Shown: positions 1 to 10,333 of the stretch, one piece after another
Numbering within the stretch: position 1 is the first letter of the stretch
Layout: each line of letters opens with the position of its first letter
Source: Planctomycetota bacterium
Lineage (GTDB): Bacteria; Planctomycetota; UBA11346
Direction of reading: 5' to 3'
Assembly (NCBI GenBank): GCA_038213805.1
Contig: JBBQSO010000005.1
Span: 32,001-96,000, forward strand
DNA: 64,000 nucleotides
Made by a program: the position numbers and the translations under genes
Notes under the pieces: generated by a model
Seen by the model: only the letters and a program-made list of their open reading frames with translations
Databases searched by the model: none
What the model was told of the DNA's origin: nothing

Positions 1-71
1 CACGGCCTGATGAGTCTCCGTGAAGGTGTCGCCGACCGGACGCCCAGGCGCGACGGTCGGTGATCACGTGC

Positions 72-102
72 AAGAGGACGGGTCAGGCCCGTCCTCTTTT
101 TT
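72..102 (+). terminator. Rho-independent terminator
   Basis: Stem AAGAGGACGGG / CCCGTCCTCTT with 5-nt loop followed by a T run; lies between an upstream + strand unit and the convergent gene ending at 157. Confidence 0.8.
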
Positions 103-156
103 CATTTTGGGCTGCAATGTCCGCCAGTGTCGCGACGCACGTTCAGCAGCGGCGGT

Positions 157-903
157 TCACCCTGTGGCGACGACGGTGTCCCGGTTCAGGTTGTCTCCCC
201 GCACAGAATGACGGTAAAAATGGTGATCGGGATCCAGCAGCTCTGAGAGTTTCGCGAAATCCCGGATTTGCCGACCGACCTGCTGGGACTCCGGCCACTC
301 GTGCTGCTCATCCTGCGGGGGGTGGGCGGCCTGCAGGAACAACCGGTGGTCGAAATGGGCCCGCTCGTGGACGACGCCGTCGTGGATGTGCACGGTCGGG
401 AAGAACAGGGTCCGGACATCGGCGCGCGGGAAGGAGAAGGCCATGGGGTGCACCTCCACCTTGCCGGCCTTGAGCTTGAACACCACGAAACCGTGGGTGC
501 GGTACTGGGGTAACCGGTCCCACGTGCCGGCGGGTAGGCGGAAGCGCGCGTCGAGACGCGCGAAGTCGGTGAGAGTTGGCACGAAGGAGGCTTCGAAGGC
601 GCCGACCTGCTCCACCGGCAGGTCGATGGCGGCTTTCGTCGGGCCCCGCCCACCCGCAGCCGGAGTAGGTGCCGGCCAAGCATTTTCGAGCTGATCAAAG
701 AAGTCCGCAGTGGCGGACAGATCGATGAACTTTACCGCATCCTGCGCCGCCCCACTGGCGACCGGGATCGGCAGCACCATGGCCACGTCTGCCGCGGCCT
801 CCAGGCTCATGCTGTACACCAGGAATTGCCGGCCATCCGCGGTGCCGCGGGCGAAGATTCTGGTGTCGGAGACGGATGTGACGGGACCGGAAAAGCAGCA
901 CAT
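157..903 (-). CDS. Conserved hypothetical protein (MCCFS- start; loosely DUF2330-like)
   Basis: ATG at 903 preceded by GAGG; globular-looking sequence with motifs AMVLPIP, VGAFEASF, HPMAFSF, LFFPTVHIHDG. Confidence 0.7.
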   Translation of the reverse strand: MCCFSGPVTSVSDTRIFARGTADGRQFLVYSMSLEAAADVAMVLPIPVASGAAQDAVKFIDLSATADFFDQLENAWPAPTPAAGGRGPTKAAIDLPVEQVGAFEASFVPTLTDFARLDARFRLPAGTWDRLPQYRTHGFVVFKLKAGKVEVHPMAFSFPRADVRTLFFPTVHIHDGVVHERAHFDHRLFLQAAHPPQDEQHEWPESQQVGRQIRDFAKLSELLDPDHHFYRHSVRGDNLNRDTVVATG

Positions 904-1017
904 GGAGGACCTCGCTCTCGGTGCTGATCGTACCAAGGTGCGAGCCCACGGGCAAGGTGCGGACGTGATGGTCACGAGATTGCGGAACCCAGTCCCGCGT
1001 TCACGGCGCGCTGAGGA

Positions 1018-2160
1018 TCACCGTGGCCAGATCGCCAACGCCTTGCGGCAGTCCTCAAGGCTCGGTACCAGCGCGAGCCGGAACCACCCCGCTCCGCCGT
1101 CGCCGAAGAATCCGCCCGGGCTGACCACGATGCCGGCGTCGAGGCACCGCGCCGCGTAGGCCTCTGCGGTGGCTCCGGCCGGGACCTCGGCCCAGATGTA
1201 GAGCCCGGCCGCGCTCGGCAGGATGGCGATGCCGAGCGCGGCGAGGCCGTCGGCAAGCAGGCGGTACTTGGCGGCGAAGATGCGGCGGCGATCGGCGGCG
1301 TGCGCGTCGTCGCTCCACGCGGCGGCCGCCGCGGCTTCGACGAAGGCGGGGCTGCCCACGCCCATCGCGGCGCGCCAGCCGCGGTAGGCCTTGATCAGCG
1401 CGGCATCGCCGGCGATGAAGCCACTTCGGTAGCCGGTCATGCCGCTACGCTTCGAGCAGCTGTGGAAGGCGAGCACGCCCTGCGCGCCACATTCCAGCGC
1501 GGAGGGGGGCGGCGTGGCGGCCTCGTCGAACCACAGATCCTGGTAGCACTCGTCGGACGCCAGGATGATGCCGTGCTCGCTCGCCACCGCGACCTGCGCC
1601 GCGTAATAGGCGCGGTCGACGCAGGCGCCGGTCGGATTGTGCGGGTAATTCAGCCACGCGATCGCGGTGCGCGCCAGGACCGCAGCGGGCAGGCGCTCGA
1701 GTTCCAGGCGGTAGCCGTGCGCGCGCTCCAGCACCACCGCGTGCTCGTGGCCGCCGGCGAAGAGCGTGCCTGCCTGGTAGACCGGATACCCGGGCGTACC
1801 GTGCACCACGGTGTCTTTTTGCGTGCCCGGATCCAGGAAGGCCAACGGCAGATGAAAAATCGCCTCCTTGCTGCCCGCCGCCGGCAGGATCTGAGCGTCT
1901 GCATCGAGGCGCACGGCGAAGCGTCGCTTGAGATAGTCGCCTGCGGCGCGGCGCAGCGCCGGCGTGCCCGCCACCGAGGGGTACTGGCTGACCTCGGGTA
2001 CCGCCGCGCGCAGCGCCGCTGGGATGAAGGCCGGTGTCGGCTCAATGGGATCGCCAGTGCCGAAATCGAAGATCGTCCTGCCCGCCTTGGCCAACGCCGC
2101 CTTGCGCGCCTGGAGCTCGGCCATCGGATAGGGTTGCAGGGCGCGCAGGGCTGGGTTCAT
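1018..2160 (-). CDS. dapC: Class I/II PLP aminotransferase, N-succinyldiaminopimelate aminotransferase-like
   Basis: GSKEAIFH, WLNYPHNPTG, SDECY and SCSKRSGMTGYRSG PLP-lysine motif typical of DapC. Confidence 0.75.
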   Translation of the reverse strand: MNPALRALQPYPMAELQARKAALAKAGRTIFDFGTGDPIEPTPAFIPAALRAAVPEVSQYPSVAGTPALRRAAGDYLKRRFAVRLDADAQILPAAGSKEAIFHLPLAFLDPGTQKDTVVHGTPGYPVYQAGTLFAGGHEHAVVLERAHGYRLELERLPAAVLARTAIAWLNYPHNPTGACVDRAYYAAQVAVASEHGIILASDECYQDLWFDEAATPPPSALECGAQGVLAFHSCSKRSGMTGYRSGFIAGDAALIKAYRGWRAAMGVGSPAFVEAAAAAAWSDDAHAADRRRIFAAKYRLLADGLAALGIAILPSAAGLYIWAEVPAGATAEAYAARCLDAGIVVSPGGFFGDGGAGWFRLALVPSLEDCRKALAIWPR

Positions 2161-2379
2161 TTTTTTGAGATGGAGTGGGGAAGGGGGACGACGGGGATGG
2201 ACGCAGGGAAGCAGGACAGAGGTGGTGCAGGAAACTGGCGAGACGCTCACAGCGTGACAGGAATCGCCGGATCAGAAAGCTGCGATACTCGATGAGAGCG
2301 CATGGGTGCGAGGAAACACTGGGGCTCTCGCGACTCGCCTTTCCACCTTCCTCCCTGGTCTCTTCCTGCCCGTCCTCTT

Positions 2380-2760
2380 CTACCCTTCCAGAATGCACAC
2401 CGCGATCGCCATCCCGTCGCTATGGCTCACCGAGCAATGCCAACGCGTCGCTCCGCGCCGTCCCGTCACGGCGAGCGCCTCGCCACTCAGTTCCAGGCGC
2501 GGCGCACCGCGGTCGGGCCCAGGCAGCAGGGCGATCTGGGTGAACGTCACGCCCAGCGCCCAGCCGGTGCCGAGCGCCTTCATGCAGGCCTCCTTGGCGG
2601 CCCAGCGCGCGGCCAGGCGCTCGCCCGGGGCGGTGGCGGCGAGGCAGTAGGCGATCTCTTCAGGCGTGTAGACGCGTTCGAGGAAGCGCGCGCCCTGGCG
2701 GGCGTGGACGCCTGCGATGCGCGCGACGGAGATCAGATCGATCCCCAGACCGATGATCAC
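2380..2760 (-). CDS. acpS: Holo-[acyl-carrier-protein] synthase
   Basis: GLGIDL, ARWAAKEACMKALGTG, SVSH motifs; GTG start overlaps the upstream TGA (GTGA). Confidence 0.93.
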   Translation of the reverse strand: MIIGLGIDLISVARIAGVHARQGARFLERVYTPEEIAYCLAATAPGERLAARWAAKEACMKALGTGWALGVTFTQIALLPGPDRGAPRLELSGEALAVTGRRGATRWHCSVSHSDGMAIAVCILEG

Positions 2761-5700
2761 GGCGCTCCGGCGAGCGGGCGCCAGGTCTGGTGCAGCCACC
2801 ACGGGCCGTCGCCGCCGTCGGTGATGTCGCCGCACTGCGCGCGCACCAGCAGCGGCGTCAGCAGCGCGCGCGTAGGCGCCGGTTCGAGCCGCGCGACGCC
2901 CAGCCACTCGTGCTCGGCCCCGGCGAGCTTGACGCTTGCGGCCAAATGCCAGGCGCCGGTGCCGCCGAACTGCACACCCTTGCCGGAAATGCTGACCAGG
3001 TCGCCCGCCAGTTCGAGCGGACCGTCGCTGTCGTTCAGGCGCACCTCAAGGTGCTCGCCGTCCTCGGGCAGGCGCGCGAACACCAGCACCGCTCCCTTGA
3101 CGCGCGCCACCGCGTAGGCTGCCTTGCCGACCACTTGCCAGGCCAGCTTGGGTTGGACGGCCGTGGCGAGCGCGGTGAGGTCGGCGTTGTCGCCGACCGT
3201 CGGGCACGGCAGCGTGGCCGCGGACGCAGGCAGACTAGGCGCGGTCTGGCGCATGCCGGTTGGGCCGGCGATCAGCAGCGCGCCGCCGGGCAGGGCCTGG
3301 GCGTCTTCGGTTGCCGCGATCACTCGCGCCTGCAGCACGTCGCCGCTGGGCGCGCCGAGCAGCATGGCGCTGAGCTCCTGATTGGCGTCGCCGAGCACGC
3401 AGCACACGCCCTCGGCGCCGGCGCGCAGGTGGCGCAGCTCAAGCCCGCGCGGCAGGCGCCGTTCCCACGCGACCGCGCCGCCGGGCAGGGTCAGGCAGGC
3501 GACGCTCTGGCTGTGGTCGTCGCGGCGGACGTGCAGGTAGAGGCGCGAGCCCTGCAGGTCGAAGGTTTCGATCGCCGGCCAGTCGCCGAAGCGCCGCCGC
3601 ACCACGCCGCTGAAGCGGTCGAGGGTGACCAGCTGGTGGGCGTCGTCGAGCAGGTAGACCGCGTCGCCGACCGCGGTGATGATCGCGGTGGCGGGGCGCT
3701 CGCTGCGCCAACGCGCCTTGCCCAGGCCGAGGTCCCAGCAGGCGACCGCGTCCTTGGCGCCGATCGCATAGCACACCCCGTCGCTGAGCACCGGCGCGGC
3801 GGCCAGGTCCTCGTTGAGCGAGAACAGCACGTGTCCGGTGGCGAGCTCGATGAGATCGACCTGACCGTGCTCGTCCTGCGGCAGCCACAGCAGGCTGTCG
3901 CCAAGCAGGCGCGCGTGCTTGAAGCTGCCCGCGCCGATGGGGATGCGCCACACCACGCGGGGTGCGGGCTGGGCATCGGGCCCGGCCTTGGGATCGGCAC
4001 GCACGTCGCGCGCGGCCAGGCACACCAGGTCGCCGGCCTCCTTGGTGATGATCAGGTCGTCCGCGGTCAGCAGCGGACGGGTCGGCCCATCGCGGTCGGT
4101 GATGGCCTCGACCGCGTAGCGGAACAGGCGCTTGCCGCTGGCCAGATCGATGGCATCGAACCAGGTGCCCTCGGGCACGCCGCGCTGGCCGGTCTGGGTG
4201 TCGATGGTCGGCCACGCCAGCACGGTGGTGGCGCTGACCGCGAGGGGTTCAACGCGCTCGCCGCCGAGCAGGCCCTTGAGCTCGATGGTCTTGCCATCGC
4301 GCAGCACGCTTGCGGTGAACGGCGCGCGTACCCCCAGGCTGGCGACCACGGCGCGCAGATCGCGCTCAAAATTGGTGGTCTTGTTGCCGTTGAATGTGGT
4401 CAGCACGTCGCCCGTTTGCATGCCGGCGCCGGCGGCGCTGCAGCCTTCGAGGACCTCGCCGATGGGGATGCCACCCAGGTCGGCGGCGACATCGCCGGGT
4501 GAGTAGCGCACGCCGAGCATCGGCCGGCTGGGCTTCCGCCACCAGGCCTCCTTGCCGTCGGCCAGGCGCACGCCGGTGAGGAAGCCGCTGTCGCAGCCCA
4601 CCGCCACGCCACCGCCCACCACCACGGTGCCGGTGCGGTGCCCGGCCTGCAGCCAGGCGGAGATCGGACCGGCCGGAGCGGGCACGGCGCCAGGCAGCGC
4701 GGCCGGAGCGAGCCAGGCTGGCACCGGCCCCTGATGCAGGCGCACCAGGCCAGCCTGGGCAAGGGCATGCGCGTCGACCCCCAGGCGGTCGCGCAGCTGC
4801 ATCAGATGGGTGGGCTGGGCGAGCGCAGCGCGATATTCAGTGGCGGCGCGCGCGCCGTCGCCAAGCAGTTCGGCGTGACGCGCGCGCCAGAACGCCAGTT
4901 CACCCTTGAGGCGGTCCTCGTGCGGGATCAGGGTCTCGAGCTGGGCGAGCACCGGCGGGAAGGCCTTGGCGTCGCCGGCGTTCAGTTCGAGCTGCTGGCG
5001 CACCAGGCGCGCCGCCTTCTCGGCGTACTCCTCGGGCGCACCGCGACGCAGCGCGGCGACGTACTGGGCGAAGGCCTGGACACGGTCGCCGCGCGCCTCG
5101 TGCAGCGAGGCGAGGCGCACCAGCGGCTGGTAGTCGTCGGGATGCGCGGCGGCGGCGGCAGTCAGGCGCTCGAGGAACGAGGCGCCCTTGCCGAAACCCA
5201 CGATCTTGGTGGCGAGCGCCGCCATCAGCAGGTCGGGGGTCACCGAGATCGTCACCGGCTGTTCGAGCGAACCGCGCACCGACAGGCGCTTGCCGTCGGC
5301 GAGGTCGAACAGCGTCAAGGTCTCGCGGCTGGCGACCAGCGCGCGCTTCTCGCCCAGGCGTCCCTGCAGGCCGCCGCGCGTATCGGCGGCCTGCGGGCCG
5401 TGGGCGCGCCCACCGTCGACGGCTTGGCTCCAGCGCGGGGTGTTGGTCTTGAGGTCGAGCAGCGTCACCTGGCTGCCGGCGATGAGCGCGGCGCCCGCGC
5501 CGACGTCCATCACCTGGCCGTTGGCGCCGTCACCCTGGTAGAACAGCGGCTGCGGATCGTCCGCGCCCAGCACCAGCACCAGGCCCTGACTGTCGGCCGG
5601 CGTCGCCACCGCGTAGGTCCCATCGCTGATGATGGCGCCGGCGCGCGCCAGCGTACGCGGCGTCGACATGCCGTCGTCGAGCTCCTCGGTCAGGCTCGGA

Positions 5701-6953
5701 TAGGACCAGATGCGCTGCACGTTGCCGTCGACTCCGACGCGCGCGAGCACGCCGTTGTTGGACAGCACCAGCAGGTAGCCGGCGTGCACGCACAGCGTCG
5801 GTGCGACCAGGCCCTGGGTCTCGCCCGACGCGAACATCTGGCGCGGCGCCGGAATGCGCGCGACCGTGATGGGGTTATTTGGCCACGCCGGTTCCCCGGT
5901 GTCGGCGCGGTAGGCGAACAGCTTGAGTTCCGCGCCGTCCTGGCCGATGGCGAGCGCCGCATAGGCGACCAGGCCATCAACCATCACCGGCGCCGACGGC
6001 GCGGGCATCGGCCCGAGCGGCGGCGAGCGCACCGCCCAGCGGTGCTCGCCGAGGCGGTTCAGGCAGCGCAGCATGACCACGTCGTTCTGCAGGCCGATGG
6101 CGACGAAGCCCTCGCGCCCGGCCGCCGGCTTGCACTGGTTGAGGGTCAGCTGGACGTTGCCGAGCGGCTGCACGTCGCCCTGGATGTGCCCGACCAGGTG
6201 GTCGAAGACGAAGAACCGGCGGCCGTCGCTGGCTGCGGACAGTTCGTTGCCGGTGGTGGTGATGACGAAGCGGTCGGCGGCAAGCGGGCTGCGGCGGGTG
6301 CGCAGCGCCGCGGTCTTGGCGCCGTTGTCGGGCACGTCGAGGGTCCACATCTCCTCGATGCTATCGAGGCTGGACGGCAGCTCGGGCTCGCCCTCGGGGC
6401 TGAGCATCTGATAGGCCGCGGCGACCCGCTTGGCGAGCAGCTTGTCTCCTGATTCGCCGGCGTGGCGCGCGCATTCCAGGTACTGACCGATGTGCCCGGC
6501 GTCCCAGGCCTGGTTGGCCAGGCGCTTCCATGCGGCGGTCGCCGCGCTGGTGCCGGGATAGGCCTGGGCGAAGCGGCGCAGCGGGCCGGTCGCGGCATTG
6601 GTCGCGGCCAGTTCGCGGAATTTGCGTTCGGCGATGGCGCCGAAGGCCTGGGTGAACTCGCCCATCAGGCCGAGCGTCTCGAGCTTGGCGGCGAGGATCT
6701 CGGCGAGGGGGGCGCACAGGTCGCCCTTGGTGATCAGCTTTTCCCCGTGCGCCGCGAGCAGGGTCTGCACCCGCTCCATCAGCACCGGCATGTCGCCGCC
6801 CTTCTTGCCCAGGTCTTCGATCAGCTCGTCGGCGTCGTGGCGTACATCCCAGGGCGTGGAGACGACCGGCTCGACGCCCATGACGAGCGGCGTAGTCGCG
6901 GTGCTGCCGGCCACCAGGGCCGCAAGCAGGGGGATCAGGGCGTACCGGGGCAC
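2757..6953 (-). CDS. Large secreted protein with PQQ-like beta-propeller repeats, TPR-like segment and PDZ domain
   Basis: Signal peptide; repeated (D/A)xxTGxxxW blades; PDZ-like LGVRY...EVLEGCSAAGAGMQTGDVL; helical TPR-like middle region. Confidence 0.75.
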   Translation of the reverse strand: MPRYALIPLLAALVAGSTATTPLVMGVEPVVSTPWDVRHDADELIEDLGKKGGDMPVLMERVQTLLAAHGEKLITKGDLCAPLAEILAAKLETLGLMGEFTQAFGAIAERKFRELAATNAATGPLRRFAQAYPGTSAATAAWKRLANQAWDAGHIGQYLECARHAGESGDKLLAKRVAAAYQMLSPEGEPELPSSLDSIEEMWTLDVPDNGAKTAALRTRRSPLAADRFVITTTGNELSAASDGRRFFVFDHLVGHIQGDVQPLGNVQLTLNQCKPAAGREGFVAIGLQNDVVMLRCLNRLGEHRWAVRSPPLGPMPAPSAPVMVDGLVAYAALAIGQDGAELKLFAYRADTGEPAWPNNPITVARIPAPRQMFASGETQGLVAPTLCVHAGYLLVLSNNGVLARVGVDGNVQRIWSYPSLTEELDDGMSTPRTLARAGAIISDGTYAVATPADSQGLVLVLGADDPQPLFYQGDGANGQVMDVGAGAALIAGSQVTLLDLKTNTPRWSQAVDGGRAHGPQAADTRGGLQGRLGEKRALVASRETLTLFDLADGKRLSVRGSLEQPVTISVTPDLLMAALATKIVGFGKGASFLERLTAAAAAHPDDYQPLVRLASLHEARGDRVQAFAQYVAALRRGAPEEYAEKAARLVRQQLELNAGDAKAFPPVLAQLETLIPHEDRLKGELAFWRARHAELLGDGARAATEYRAALAQPTHLMQLRDRLGVDAHALAQAGLVRLHQGPVPAWLAPAALPGAVPAPAGPISAWLQAGHRTGTVVVGGGVAVGCDSGFLTGVRLADGKEAWWRKPSRPMLGVRYSPGDVAADLGGIPIGEVLEGCSAAGAGMQTGDVLTTFNGNKTTNFERDLRAVVASLGVRAPFTASVLRDGKTIELKGLLGGERVEPLAVSATTVLAWPTIDTQTGQRGVPEGTWFDAIDLASGKRLFRYAVEAITDRDGPTRPLLTADDLIITKEAGDLVCLAARDVRADPKAGPDAQPAPRVVWRIPIGAGSFKHARLLGDSLLWLPQDEHGQVDLIELATGHVLFSLNEDLAAAPVLSDGVCYAIGAKDAVACWDLGLGKARWRSERPATAIITAVGDAVYLLDDAHQLVTLDRFSGVVRRRFGDWPAIETFDLQGSRLYLHVRRDDHSQSVACLTLPGGAVAWERRLPRGLELRHLRAGAEGVCCVLGDANQELSAMLLGAPSGDVLQARVIAATEDAQALPGGALLIAGPTGMRQTAPSLPASAATLPCPTVGDNADLTALATAVQPKLAWQVVGKAAYAVARVKGAVLVFARLPEDGEHLEVRLNDSDGPLELAGDLVSISGKGVQFGGTGAWHLAASVKLAGAEHEWLGVARLEPAPTRALLTPLLVRAQCGDITDGGDGPWWLHQTWRPLAGAP

Positions 6954-7149
6954 GCAAGGACGTTAAGTCGCCGTGCCGACATGGCCAGCGCCCTTCAGCG
7001 CTGCCATCGACGGCCGGGACAGCGCTGCGGAGTACGGGGTACAGCCTCACGCGACCCTCCGCACCCCGTACCTCCGACCACCAGAGTCCGTGCAGACCCC
7101 GGCTCCGGTGCCCCCTTGCCAGCAGGAGAGGACGCCGATCATCCCCGCC

Positions 7150-7716
7150 ATGCCCCAGTTCGGCGGATCCACGATCATCACGGGCGGGATCCGGCTCATC
7201 CTGATCGACTGCTTCGAGACCCTGGTCGAGATGCGCGGGCGCGCCTACCAGCCGCGCCAGGGCGTGAAGGACTTCCTCACCCACTACGCGAGCAAGGTCG
7301 GCATCCCGGTGGCCGTGGTCAGCGATGCCAACCTCGCTGCGGTCGAAGATGCCCTGCAGCAAGCCGGGCTCGCCACCTACATCACCCGCATCTACCACGC
7401 CGACAACGCCGCCGAGCGCCTGCCCGACGGCCGCGTGCGTAAGCGCCTCGACGTACCCCTGAGCGAGTTCTCGCTGCGCCCGGACCAGGTGGTCTTCGTG
7501 GGCGACAGTCCGCTCGACGCCGAGGCCGCGCAGCACCACCAGGTGCAGTTCATCCGCGTGCCGCGCAGCGAGGATGCGGCGTTCTCCTTCGCATCGCTGA
7601 TCACCGGCCCGAGCCGCTACCGCAGCCAGGAATTCCAGGCCACCTTCCTGAACCACTACCTGGAGCGTAAGCCGGGCGCGCCCGACGCCAAACCCGGTGG
7701 CGGGGACGGGAAGTGA
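7150..7716 (+). CDS. HAD-superfamily hydrolase
   Basis: Motif I variant LILIDCFETL, motif II VVSDA, motif IV FVGDSPLD; start codon uncertain. Confidence 0.75.
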   Translation: MPQFGGSTIITGGIRLILIDCFETLVEMRGRAYQPRQGVKDFLTHYASKVGIPVAVVSDANLAAVEDALQQAGLATYITRIYHADNAAERLPDGRVRKRLDVPLSEFSLRPDQVVFVGDSPLDAEAAQHHQVQFIRVPRSEDAAFSFASLITGPSRYRSQEFQATFLNHYLERKPGAPDAKPGGGDGK

Positions 7717-8423
7717 GCGGCGAGGCCGCCACCAAGCAGCATCCCGGCGATCTCGCGCCGCGCATCATGCAGGTGCTCGGCATCCTGGTGCTGCGCGCGA
7801 CCGCGCGCTTCCTCTATCGCACACTGGTACGCCGCGCCGGGCCGCTGCCCACCGGACCGTGCGTCTACGCCGCCAACCACCGCAGCTTCTACGATCCGCT
7901 GCTGGTCGGCATGTGCCACCGCGTGCCGGCCAGCTATTTCGCGCGCGACAGCTTGTGGCGCAACCCGATCATCGGCACCGTGCTGAACATCATGTACGGC
8001 ATCCCCATCGACCGCGTCAACCCCGGCATGTCGAGCATGAGCGGCGCGATCGACAAGCTGCGCCGGGGCATCCCGGTGCTGATCTTTCCCGAGGGCACGC
8101 GCACGCGCACCGGACGCGTGACCCCGCTGCGCGACGGTCCGGCGCTGTTCGCGCGCCGCGCCGGCGTGCCGATCGTGCCGGTCTACGTGCACCGCAGCGA
8201 ATTGGCCTGGCCGCGCGGATCCATCCTGCCGCGCCTGGGCGTGGCCGGCCTGCAGGTGCGCTTTGGCAGCCCCATCCGCGCCCCAGCCAACCTGCCGCCG
8301 CGCCAACAGGACGCCTGGGTGACGCGGCGCCTGCAGGCCTGGATGGAACTGCAGGAGCGCCGCTTGCTCGGGCCGCGCCGCCCCGTGGAAACCCCGGTGC
8401 AAGTTCCGGTTGTGGCCCATTGA
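7713..8423 (+). CDS. plsC: 1-acyl-sn-glycerol-3-phosphate acyltransferase
   Basis: NHRSFYD (HX4D), PIDR and IFPEGTR acyltransferase blocks; GTGA overlap with the HAD gene. Confidence 0.88.
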   Translation: MSGEAATKQHPGDLAPRIMQVLGILVLRATARFLYRTLVRRAGPLPTGPCVYAANHRSFYDPLLVGMCHRVPASYFARDSLWRNPIIGTVLNIMYGIPIDRVNPGMSSMSGAIDKLRRGIPVLIFPEGTRTRTGRVTPLRDGPALFARRAGVPIVPVYVHRSELAWPRGSILPRLGVAGLQVRFGSPIRAPANLPPRQQDAWVTRRLQAWMELQERRLLGPRRPVETPVQVPVVAH

Positions 8424-8448
8424 GGTGGCCGGTACACCCTCCGCTCCC

Positions 8449-10092
8449 ATGACCGATCCCGCGCCCGCCGTCGCTGTCCCGCCCGCCCCACTCCACGAGA
8501 CCTGGGAAGCGCGCCTGCCGGAATGGCAGCAGTGGCTCAACCGCACCTGCGAGAACTGGATCTTCGCCTTCATCGTCGCCATGGCAATCCGCCACTTTGC
8601 GATCGAGGCCTTCCGCATCCCGACCGCCTCCATGGAGCCGATGCTCTACGGCGATCCGGCCTTTGCGAAGAGCGACCACGTGGTGGTCGACAAGTTCCTG
8701 TTCCGCTTCACCGGGCCCAAGCGCTGGGACGTCACCGTCTTCCAGTTCCCGCAGCCCGAAATCGAGGGCCACGGCGGCGCCGACGCGGTCACTGCGTGGA
8801 CGTGGGACGACAAGCGTCTCGACGTGCCGATGCTGCGCCCGTTGATGTACCGCAACTTCGTCAAGCGTGCGGTGATCCTGCCAGGCGACATCTTCTACAT
8901 CAGCAACGGTGACATCTACCTCAAGCAGCCGGATGGCGGCTGGAAGGTCTCGCGCAAGCCCGAGGCGGCGCAGGAGGTGATCTGGCAGGAGGTCTACCGC
9001 AGCGGCGCGCAGGCCGGCTACCTGCCGTGGAACGGGGAGGGTGGCGCCAGCGCGACCGCCACCGGTTCCACCGTATCGCTCGCACTCGCGGAGGGTGGCG
9101 TGGTGCGCTTCACCCAACCGCTCCGCAACCTCTACCTGAAACCCGGGCCCTTTCGCGCGCGACCGGTCAGGCAGGGCGACGACGACCGCGACGAAGCCGA
9201 CCGCGGCTTCTACGACGCCGAGGCGGAGCAGGTCGAATTGAGCATGACCACGCCGCTGTTCAAGTACCACGGCCGCACCGGCAATGCGTGGGAACTCGAT
9301 CGCTGGGCGATCAGCCGCCTGACCAGCGCCGATCTCGACAACGGCTCGCATGGCACGCTGCTGAACAAGAGCATGAATGAATTCATCGGCGATGTGCGCC
9401 TGCGCGGCACGCTCGCCGCGCTGGCCGGCAGCGTCACGTTCCACCTCGATCAGGGCGATGCGCACGCCTACGCGCTCACGATCACCCCCGCTGGCTGGAG
9501 TGTCAGCGGGGACGGCAAGGAGCTCAAAGCCGGGAAAGCTGCGATGAGCGGCGCGCATCTGATATTCGCGCACCTCGACAACCAGATCTTCGTCCGCATC
9601 AACGGCGACGAGGTGGTGCGCGTCGACGTGGAGCCCGTCGACTCCGCTAAACGCCTTGCGCTCTCTTGGAGCGGCGTGGGCAGCGCGACGTTCTCCGAGC
9701 TCGCGCTCGACCGCGACGTGCACTATACCTCGTCGGGCTTCCTGCGCGACGACACCCGGCTCTACAAGTCCCAGGTCAAGGTCCTTGAGAGTGAGAACCG
9801 GCAGACGGAAGAGCTCGACGCTGCCGCGACCATGAAGCGCAACATCCAGGGGGTGCGTGCGCAAATGCTTGGAAAGGCGGTCGACGAGCTGACCCCCGCC
9901 CAGTTGTCGGGGCCGCTCGGCACCAGCCCTGGCAACGCCATCACGGCGCCCCTGGGCGCCTACCTGATGATGGGCGACAACAGTCCATTGAGCTGGGACG
10001 GCCGCAGCTGGGGCTGGGTGCCCAAGGAGAACCTGCGCGGGCGCGTCCTGGCGGTGATCCTGCCGTTCAGCCGTTGGCGCCTGGTGCGCTGA
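8449..10092 (+). CDS. lepB: Signal peptidase I with large internal insertion
   Basis: FRIPTASMEPML (Ser), NFVKR (Lys), YLMMGDNSPLSWDGRSWG box; N-terminal TM helix. Confidence 0.9.
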   Translation: MTDPAPAVAVPPAPLHETWEARLPEWQQWLNRTCENWIFAFIVAMAIRHFAIEAFRIPTASMEPMLYGDPAFAKSDHVVVDKFLFRFTGPKRWDVTVFQFPQPEIEGHGGADAVTAWTWDDKRLDVPMLRPLMYRNFVKRAVILPGDIFYISNGDIYLKQPDGGWKVSRKPEAAQEVIWQEVYRSGAQAGYLPWNGEGGASATATGSTVSLALAEGGVVRFTQPLRNLYLKPGPFRARPVRQGDDDRDEADRGFYDAEAEQVELSMTTPLFKYHGRTGNAWELDRWAISRLTSADLDNGSHGTLLNKSMNEFIGDVRLRGTLAALAGSVTFHLDQGDAHAYALTITPAGWSVSGDGKELKAGKAAMSGAHLIFAHLDNQIFVRINGDEVVRVDVEPVDSAKRLALSWSGVGSATFSELALDRDVHYTSSGFLRDDTRLYKSQVKVLESENRQTEELDAAATMKRNIQGVRAQMLGKAVDELTPAQLSGPLGTSPGNAITAPLGAYLMMGDNSPLSWDGRSWGWVPKENLRGRVLAVILPFSRWRLVR

Positions 10093-10333
10093 ATGCAAGC
10101 CTCCAGCCGGCTGGCCAGAGAGCGGGTTTTGCACGCTTTCTCCACCGAGTTTTTTTCTTGCCAGGTGGGATCCGCTCTCGCGAATAAATCCTCAAGCGTC
10201 TGCCAAGATTGCGTGAACGGAGTTGCAAAGGTATTTAGCACATGGCTTTGAATGCACACCTCCGATTGATCCAGGTAGGCGGGGTGATGCGAACGTTGCA
10301 TGCAACGAATGGTCAGCCTTGGAGTTATCCACA

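Noticed and set aside
1..70. CTGATGAG at 7-14 suggested a hammerhead ribozyme core
   Set aside because: No GAAA after a stem II. The stretch is better explained as the 3' end of an upstream + strand gene (a frame ends in TGA at 61-63) before the terminator.
2165..2385. Purine-rich / pyrimidine-rich arms between dapC and acpS as another inverted element
   Set aside because: Complementarity is too degenerate to define arms reliably by eye.
10093..10333. oriC candidate
   Set aside because: Only one perfect DnaA box, no box cluster or clear unwinding element, and no dnaA/dnaN nearby; kept only as a possible regulatory site.
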